Under the pieces are notes generated by a model. The model saw only the letters and a program-made list of their open reading frames with translations, was not told the DNA's origin and searched no databases. From the NCBI GenBank assembly GCA_964270895.1, contig OZ185438.1: a stretch of 64,000 bases of DNA. One strand, 5' to 3'. Of the stretch, positions 55,021-64,000 are shown in pieces. Position numbers and translations under genes: made by a program. Every line of letters starts with the position of its first letter. The first letter of the stretch is position 1. The stretch is from Podarcis filfolensis (lineage: Eukaryota).

Positions 55021-55965
55021 CTCTGCTAAAACATCTGCACTGGATACCCATATGTTACAAGGGTCATCAAGTCCAACTGCTAGTATCCAGTAGGTGGATG
55101 TGGAGCAACTGTCTGTGCATTTTCTGTTAAATTAAATAGTAATATTTTTCATTAGTGGTGAAAATCAGTACTGACAAGCTTGAGTGGAAACTTATTACAA
55201 GTGTTTGAAAATATAAGATTGGTATATCAAATAAAAACCTGATCGTAAAGCTTTCAGCACAAACATGGGTGATGCCCTAAGAAAGAATGAACTTTTGAGA
55301 CATCATTAAAAATGGTCATAAAGGTGTCTGGAGCTAATGTTGATTAAACATTAGTAAGTCTATGATTCCTGACTTGTGTGGCTCTTTATGTTAATACAAA
55401 ACACTTTCCTCATATTATTCAATAGAAGATGAGGGGTCCTTATAGTCTTTGGTGCAGCACACATGGAAACATAAACATATGTGCCAATATATTCTTACCC
55501 TTATTTTAAGATTCATGCATGAAGTTTCCTTCCCTCACCCTACCTCACCTTGCTGGGGAAGAACAGGCAAGAAAGAGATGAGTGCTCTACTTCGCATTTC
55601 TGCTAAGTGAAATTCATCATCTTTCTTTTCACCTGGCTAGTGTACTGTGATTCCCCTCTACACTGGGTGAACTGAAAGAATGTAATTTTCCACACTATGT
55701 CTGTAAACTGCCCCCAGACAATAGCCCATGAATATAAGAAATCCTCTCTCTCCACAATGTGTTTATCCCAAAGATTGGTGTTTATGCCTATTGCCTCGGC
55801 TTAATTATTACGTGAACATAACCTCAACAGTAACAGAACACGCTCATACAAATACATGTAATAGGATACTCTAAATGTATGTGTGTATGTACACCTACAA
55901 CCCCACCCCACTATGCTCATTTAATAGTTTCGTTACACATATAAAATTAATGAAAAGCACCTTAC

Positions 55966-58152
55966 CACTTGAAAAGCTGCCGGTTTTTGCAAGCCACTTC
56001 TTTCAGGCTGCTGGTCCTTTGGCACCAAAACACTCCTAAATCGAGTTCCCTTCTCGCTAGAATAAGTTCTTGAACTCTGCAGACTTTCATAGTATATACT
56101 CTTTGAAGAAGAACTTATGTCACGATCAGATTTTTGTAAAAGCTGAGCTGAAGGCATTGAACTTAAAGATAAGGTCTCTTCTGCGTTAAGTGCCTCCTTA
56201 GAAAGAAAATGTGAGTATCTCCTCTCATGAATGTTTTCTGGGACTGCTGTACATGAGCTGTTTGGCCCCTGACTGGAAAGATATGCTTCTTTTTCATCCT
56301 CTAGTTTGTTTTCTTCACAAATATTCTCTTCCTCTTCTTCATTACACTCGCTGCTAGATCTTAACCGTTCAGACACTGACTGAAGAAGTGATAAGACTGA
56401 CAAGGACTGGTTGGCTCTTTCAATAGGATTACCTTCTGGTGAGCCATCAGCGGATAGCAAGTCCTCTTGAGAACTGTCATCTTCATATATAGGAGACAAA
56501 GAGAAAGGGTAAACACTGAATCGCTTTGCTTCCACTGTCACGAATGCTTCTGAAGAAAGATTGTTTAATTGGTTGCTTTGTTCACAAGGGTGGACAGACT
56601 CAAGTTTGCCTTTTACAGTTTCACACATAAGAAAATGTTGATTATTATCCAGGGATTGGTCAGGAAGGGATGATAAGGGATGATCTGGTTCTTCTGTTGA
56701 AAATAAATAACTTTCATCTTGAAGAGCACCTTCATACAAAATGGTGAAAGAACTGCTGTCCAACTCTTCTGGTGGTGAAGAAGCAAATAACTTGGGGGAT
56801 TTCTCTTCATTTCCACAATCATCATCAACATCCAGATAATATTCCTTGAGCACTGTTAAACCTGTCTCAACGACTGTTTCTTCCTTAATGGAAAAATCTG
56901 AGTTCAAGCCAATCTTTGCTGAGCTGTTCATTACAGGCCGTTCAGACATACTGAACTGGGTGCCAAATTTATAAGCATTCTGTGGCACTGTGTAAGCTTT
57001 CGTCATTTTACCACAGACCTTTTCACTTTCTATTTCATAATATTTTTCACATGGTTCCTCTCTTACAACTTCTGCAGAGTCACCCTCTTTAAAAACATAT
57101 TCAGGCAGATTCTCCCCTAGATTATTTCCAAGTGAATCTAAAGGTCCAAATGGTGGCAAATGCACTTCATCCATTACAGTATCTTCATTTATTGAATATG
57201 AGGAATATTCAGATTCATCATCAATTGTCCACTTTGTTTCCTCACCGGCATCTGTCATGCACATAGTGCAATTGGCATGTTTACTGTTTTTGCCATTGAC
57301 TATAGGAGGGCTGCATTCTATTGTAGCTGTGGGATCAGACCAGTCATTTTCATTTTTCTGTTCTCCACCTGTTATTTCTTTGTGGTCGTCTTTAATATTA
57401 ATATACAAAGATGCTGAGGAGTTTGCTACTTTACCTTCACTGATTATATTGCATACTGAAGTTCCATATATTGGACTTAAATTTAAAGGATCTTTAGTTA
57501 TTTTGGGAAGTTTAGCTGTTAATTCAGTATCAGTAGTAAGCTTCTTTGATGCTTCAGTGTTGGACTTAAGGGCTGAATTTTGAAGAATGCCATTGCTCAG
57601 ATGGTCCTCATGCTGATTATATGTCACTTTTCGTATGGCTGCATTAATAACATCATCAATTATTTCTTTTGCTTTTAGTGCTATTGAACTATGTAGGTCA
57701 ATTTTATCTGTAATGTCAAATGGTATTTTTTCATCTTTAATATTTGTGCCAAGTGTGTCTTTTGCTTTAACTTCAGAAAGCTTTCTGATACAACCCTCAT
57801 TAAAATGCTTTAATGATGAATTCCTTGACTGCATTTCTTTTGATTCTGACAGCGTTTTTCTATTTTTCTGATCTTTTTGAAGGCTGAGCCCTAATAAATT
57901 GTCCTTAATGTCATTAGTCTGGCAGACGCCAGCTGCTTGCTTTGATCTTATTTCTTCTATGGCTAAACGCAGAACTGCATCAACTATTTCATCAGCCTTT
58001 TTGAGCAAAACAGTTAAGTCTTGGGATTTAATTTGTACTTGCCTTCCTGTTTCAACATCATTCAGTGCTTCTTCGGAAAACTGGCTGCTTGATTCTGTAA
58101 ACAAAGTTGTAATTGCTTGATCACCCATTTCAAAGGTGTTTGAATTAGCAGT

Positions 58153-58186
<34 letters not shown>

Positions 58187-60760
58187 TAGTGAAGATTTAG
58201 CTGGCCTGAAGTTCTTTGCTCCTCTTTTCTCTGCTGTGTAGTGAAAGACATTCCTAGTACAATCTTTACAGGTTCTGTAGCTTCCACATCACAGACAACT
58301 GGGGACAAGAATGGGACTGGGTACTCTGCTTCTGACACTGATTTAGAGTGTAGACTATTTGGTTTATATTTAGGTGAAACCTTGCCCTTCTTTTCTTCAG
58401 AATCAATAGGAAGAGAATGATTCTTGTCTAAAACAAAATCTGATGTTTCACAGGCAGGAGAACTAAGCTTTGAGCTATCTTTAAAACAAGTAATGGGTGA
58501 CACAGGCTTGAAAGTATATAAATTTTCAAATGTAGAAACAGGAAGATCCTCTTTTGCCAGGTTAGATCTAGAGTCTAGCAAGCAAGAGGCAGACATATCC
58601 TTCATTTCTTCAGAGCGCAGTAAAATATCACTTCTACTATCAGCAATTTCAGCAGTGTCAAAGGTAATCTTAGTTTCAGGAATGCTTTCAGATTCCAGAA
58701 AAGTACCAGGAACTTGACCTGCACACCCAGATTCAGCAGCAATAAGAAGGCTCCCAGGTCCACAGTTCTCTGACTTTGAGATAACTTGGTTATTTTCACA
58801 TGTAGAGGCAGAACAACATATTTTACCATTGATAGTCCCCGCAGAATCACTTAGAGACTGGTTAGTGCAATCCTGTTTATCAGCCAAAGAACACAAAGCC
58901 CCCAACAAACTGTGATCTTCAGAATTAAGGACAGGTTTAGACACATCGTCCAAAATGATTTTGCTATCTCCAGAGATGAAAGAGTTACCGACCAAGACAC
59001 ATAACGGAGAAGAAGGAAATGATAAATAACTATTTTCTTCTGATTTCACAACAGGAGGTAGACCTATTGAGATGTCCTCTTCAGTTTCATAAGCCATTTT
59101 TGCTTCAGTTTGATTTTTTATTTCATCAACTAATGGATCATTTTTTTGTGCAGATATCACAACTTCTGCAGTTTTAAGAAGTGATGGAATAGGTTTGGCC
59201 ACTGTAGTAGTGCCTGTGTTGCTTTTAAGTTCTGAGTTCTCTAATTTGATGGGCTTGGTTTTGTCTTCAGCGAGAGGAAGAGGACTATGTAAACCAGCCA
59301 ATGCTTCGATCAGAGTTTCATCCTCAACATTCTCAGAAATATGGCAGTTGTCATCTTTAGCCTTAAGGATAAGAGGGGCACCATCCATAGTGCCCACAGC
59401 CTCCTCAGTGCTGGTATCACCTGTTTCTAAGGCAGCTGATGCCACCCGAGACACCACATTTTCATATTCAGCAGCTAACAAAGATGTGTTGGCATGGTTT
59501 ACCTCAGTTGCGTTAGGAGAAGCACCTGTCATTCTAACATGGTCAAATTGTGTCACAGGCGCATACAAATTATCATTGGTAAAATTATTAGTTCCATTCT
59601 CAGATGTCATGGGGAAGTTATGATTGTTTTGTACATCTGTAAGTACCACAGACTCAGTGGCCTCTTCACACTTTAGATCGCTTTTGCCAAATATATCTAT
59701 GTTTTGAACCATTTCTTTGGATTGGACTGAAGCAAGCATACCGACTCCTGCTGATATATCACTTTTTTTGCAATTTGTATCCTGCAACACCAACTGCAAT
59801 TCTTCTCCAACTTTTTGTTCGTGGAGAGGTAAGTGCTCATCTGGTGAAATGATCTGCATGTTTTTCTCCTTCTGCTCTGTCACTTTTTGGTGTGATTCTT
59901 CAGTTTCACTTTCTACCCTGCTAACTGCCTGTCCCCTACCTAGAATACTATTCAAATGCAATGTTTGGTTCTCTGCTTTTAGTTTGAATTGATCCTCAGT
60001 CCAACTATTGCAGGGACCTTTGTTTTCTAGCAACTGTTGCTCATTATCACCTACGTCTACTTTGGGGTGTGAAAAAAACTCCTCTTGCACTGTCTCTTTT
60101 GTTTCTGTGTTAGAAAAAGCGCAAAACTGCATTCCTTTTTGAAAGCCAACAGTGGTAGCATTGATTGACTGAATCTCCATTTGTATTTCCCCTAACACCT
60201 CCTCCCTATTTTCAAGCAATCTGTTATTTTCTGAACTCATACTAACAGCATCTCTATTCTGGCAACTGAAATTGGCTTTCTTTTGCAACAGTGTTGGCTC
60301 CAACAGAAGGTTCCTATTAAGTTCTGGTGTGCTGGAAACTGCTGTATGTTTCACAGAAACCAGTTCCTCAATGCAATTTTTGATTGTTTCCATTTCTGTC
60401 AACGAGGTAATTTTGTTCTTCAGTTCTTTGTGCTCACAATTGCCCAAGACATCCAGAGAATTTCCCCCCAAATCCATTTCTGCCAAAAATACGTTTGCTT
60501 GTGAATCCTTTGTGTCATCGTTAGTCTTAGGTCCCGAGTTCGTTTTCAATGAAGATTCTGTCTTTGTTGTAGTAGTTTCTGAGTCTGGAAGGCTTACAGT
60601 CCTATTTTCTTTGTTTTTGGCTGTAGTGCTATTAATGCTGGTTGAGGTTTGTTTTTCTTGCTCCAATTCCGCTTGTTTCTTAAGCAATTGCTTAATTCTT
60701 GCAGAACCTCGATATGTTGCATAAGTAACTGCAGGTGCACCCAGTTCACATTCTGTTTTC
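55966..60760 (-). CDS. CRYBG3: CRYBG3/vlAKAP giant exon (4795 bp; acidic, Ser-rich, low complexity; PKA-anchoring helices)
   Basis: Uninterrupted frame of about 1598 codons; acceptor TTCCAG at 60761-60766 and donor GTAAGG below 55966; begins KTECELGAPAVTYATYRG and contains YPFSLSPIYEDDSSQEDLLS; upstream exons were not found in the window. Confidence 0.93.
58153..58183 (-). repeat. Coding (GCT)10 repeat encoding poly-Ala in the CRYBG3 giant exon
   Basis: (AGC)10 on +; protein YLAAAAAAAAAATANSN. Confidence 0.97.
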
Positions 60761-63700
60761 CTGGAACAGAAGAAATATCATTATTGGAACATTAGCAAAA
60801 GCTCCTAGGCATACTCAGCTGTATAAAATGAAATTTTAAACAGACACAGAGAGATTAGTACAATAGGCACTGGTCTCTTTTATTTCAAAAATGTAAAGCA
60901 ATGTTTCTACTTTAGAAGAGTCTTGCTGGATCAGACCTAGGCCAGCGCCCTGTTCTCACAGGGGCCAACCAGATGCTTATGGGAAACCCACAAACAGGAC
61001 AAACGTTCAATAGCTCTCTCCCACTTATGGCCCCTTGCAACTGGTATTGCCTCTGATACTGAAGGAATTATAGCCCTCATGATTAATAGTTATTTCCCAC
61101 CACCACCCACCTAAATACTCAAATGTATAATATCTAGGTATGCCATTACAGGTGTAATTAGTGGAGATTTTTAAATAGCTATTGACTCATAGTACCACTG
61201 AGGAGAAGGCTTTGTGGGTCATCATGTCTAACCCCTGGCAGAAACATGTATGTAAAGCTATTTTTGTCAAATAATTGTGTCCTAACTCTGGTGATCTGCA
61301 CCCTTGGATGAGGTTTGCAAATGAAAGTAGTTCATTTTATCCACTTTACATTGTTTCAGATTATAAAATGATCAACAGAATCCTCAAAAGTACCATTTGT
61401 CTGTCTCTTTCTGAAAACGTCCATGTTACCCTAATTGCTTGTCAGGGCTGGGGCACCTGTGGCTCTCTGGAAGTTGGACTACAACCTCCAACATTCCTGA
61501 CTATTGGCCATACTGGCTGGGGCTGATGGGAGCTGGAGTCCAACAATACTTGGAGGGCCTCAGGTCCCCCCCCCCCCGATTCATGTAGTGATTTACAGTA
61601 ATGGTCTACCATTAGAGCTCAGATACAGTTCTGAGTCTTTCTTCCTGGAGTTAAGTGGAATACTTGGACTTGGTCAAATGTCAGATACAGTCTGTTGTGT
61701 TCATGTGCATTTATGATCCACTGAAAATTTTAATTAAAAGTATATGATGACTGTGTATCTGTAAGTAAGGCCTGTTTCCTTTACCATTTAACTCAGGACT
61801 GATTCACACATACATATATGCTACACAGCATCTTGTCATGTCAGCGTATCATTCAATGACTTGTTCGTGGAAAAACAGACTCTATTTAAAATTATTGTAT
61901 GAGGTGATACAAAAGCCCTGTCTATAGTATTTAATCATTGGTGCTAATTGTATACATGCAAGCCATCAGTAAGTTACTGGGTGATAAGCAAGTGTCTTTG
62001 AACTGAGATCCAACTAGATGTGAAACTGAGAGAAATGATGCCACATGTAAAAGAGAGTGAGTGTTACTGCAATTGGAGTGAATGTTGGATTCGTTTGAGG
62101 ACTACAAATTGTGACCAGACTGTGGCATGGCTCACCATATCACTGTAAACTCAAGAGCAGAAGAACTGCAAATTAAACTACAATTTGGCTGTGCCTGAAG
62201 CAATCAGATGGCCACTTCAGAACAAAGTCAAACCTCATCACGAGCCCCATGTGGCATGTTAGAAGTGTCATATGAATCAGCAGCTCTATGAAGGCTACAG
62301 AGAAACTGGTGCTTTTCTGCTATGCATACTTGCCATCTGGATGTAATCTTTAGAGGTTATCTGTGGGGCTAATGTCATTTTATACATGAATTAAAGCCTT
62401 TTAATCTCTCACTCTCAAGCAAAAAAATGAATTTTATAAGACTAAACATGTGTTATAAGGCCAAGGGGATATGAAGCAAATATGAAATTCTTCTTGAGCA
62501 TACAGTTTAAAAGCCCAGTTAATTCTAATTGGTGAAATACAAATGCAGCAGGGACAGATTATCGGTACATTATTCGGGTGCCATTCTTAGTCTCCGGGGG
62601 GGGGGGGGGAGCAGATTATATATTCCAACAGCACCATCTGTCTATCCACTTCAGAGCTGCTCCAGACATTTAAGTCTTCTATGGCCAAGATTTTGCCACA
62701 GCACCAATACGAAAAGGCTAACGTTTGAAAGAGATTATTATTTATAAAATGGCATGGTTTTTTAAAAAAAAGATATTGAGCCTTTTGTTTTTATTATTGT
62801 TCCCAGAGATTTTTGCATTCATGATTCAATTCATAACCAATATTCTACTATTATTTTAAGGTACACGAAAAATATCTGCAATTGCAATGCCATGACCAGA
62901 AAGTTTATTCTAGACTCATTTTTCATTCCGTTTACATTAAATCAATGCACTTAAATTGCTGAGATTCCTAGAAAGCAAAGCATAATTCTCCATTGGTATT
63001 GACAAGGGCCAAACCATGGAGTGCAAAGTTTCTTTATACTTGTTTACTACTCAGCACTTCTTACAGTGAGGTACAGAGAAGCATCCATCCTCATTTAGTC
63101 GTTTGCTTAATCACCAATACTGCCAGCAGATATACCAAATTACAGCCTTCTACTGTAGCAGAGTAATCGTAGACTAGAGACATTAATTTATAGAAAAAAG
63201 CCCGTCTGAAGAGGATTGGGTGAAGGACTAGAGGAGGTGAATGACCCACAAGAAGTAAGGACTGCCTCTCTCCTTTCCATTTCCAGCAGCAGCTGCTGTT
63301 CAAAGTGCCCGGAATAGAGAAGACTACACATGGAGATAAGGAAGAATGTAGCTGCACGTATGTGCACATGAAAAAGCAAAAAAGAACCATATTAAATTTT
63401 AAACTGGATATGCTGGCATGGCCACCACCAACCTGCAAAGTATCACATAAACTTAATCAGCTCAACATACTCTGTAAATATATTATCTATTTTCATAAAA
63501 GTACAATTGTTCTGAGCTACCAAGAAAGGGAATTATAGAATTTAAAATTCAGATTGACAAATTCTATTTAGCTCGAGCAGGGAAGGAGCAAATTAGCTTA
63601 TAGGGGGAAATGAGCATCTAGCACAATTCATAGCCAAAGCTATGCCATGGCAGCCCTGAATGATGCAGTCAACAATGCAACGTGGGAAAGAAAATCCTGG

Positions 63701-64000
63701 TCGTGAAGAAAGCTCTGCCTACATTGTCTGACTCAGATGCTTCACAACAGAACAACCATGCACCATTGTTGAATATTTCATAGCAACCTACATCCAGTTA
63801 TTGTTGAATGACCTTTAAAATTGTACTAAAGAATAGGTGTAGCCAAAAAGCCAGTAATAAATGCTCTGAGTCATAGAGTTTATTGAATATATACTGTTCA
63901 CTTACAATGTATTTATTACCTAAGTCAACAAAAGATATAGTTTGATATAAATAGAATAAGATGCTATGCCTTCAAAAAAAGAGTAAAAAATAAAGACATA

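Noticed and set aside
57257-60724. Several +-strand ORFs of 70-150 aa over the giant exon
   Set aside because: Antisense shadows of a long coding exon
63063-63345. Possible upstream or alternative CRYBG3 exon (minus-strand CACT|GTAAGA donor; ATG CTT CTC TGT ACC TCA CT is in phase with the giant exon)
   Set aside because: Two closer upstream ATGs are out of frame, there is no promoter signal, and there is no resemblance to the recalled CRYBG3 N-terminus; the true upstream exon is probably outside the window

Overview
This is vertebrate genomic DNA from a squamate reptile, probably a lacertid lizard, judged from its repeats: Sauria SINE, Bov-B, young CR1 and TA-flanked Tc1/mariner MITEs. It holds the syntenic GABRR3 - RIOX2 (MINA53) - CRYBG3 block. 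(1) The last three coding exons of GABRR3 (GABA-A rho3) are on the + strand at 63-4869. (2) A CpG-island promoter at about 7300-8850 precedes the complete 9-coding-exon RIOX2 gene (+, 11304-24849; 1398 nt, 465 aa; JmjC H178/D180/H239 intact). (3) The last 19 exons of CRYBG3/vlAKAP are on the - strand at 60760-29329. They comprise a 4795-bp giant exon, 12 single-Greek-key exons, 3 small linker exons and 3 ricin-B exons; the 5' exons lie beyond the window. I traced all exons by hand; they have GT-AG ends and consistent phases. Introns are dense in transposons: CR1 with an intact 544-aa RT ORF, L1, L2, Bov-B, Penelope-like elements, Sauria SINEs, 13 Tc1/mariner MITEs and hAT MITEs. The strongest unexplained signals are these. 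First, a TATA-ATG-GTGAGT unit inside a CRYBG3 intron splices in frame into the crystallin exons and is a candidate short isoform lacking the AKAP region. Second, a 199-bp TSD-flanked, palindromic Penelope-derived insertion carries an intact minimal hammerhead ribozyme core. Third, a candidate RIOX2 first exon has an E-box, a TATA box and an in-frame upstream ATG. No alignments or database searches were run. Gene and repeat family names and comparisons with human come from recalled knowledge.
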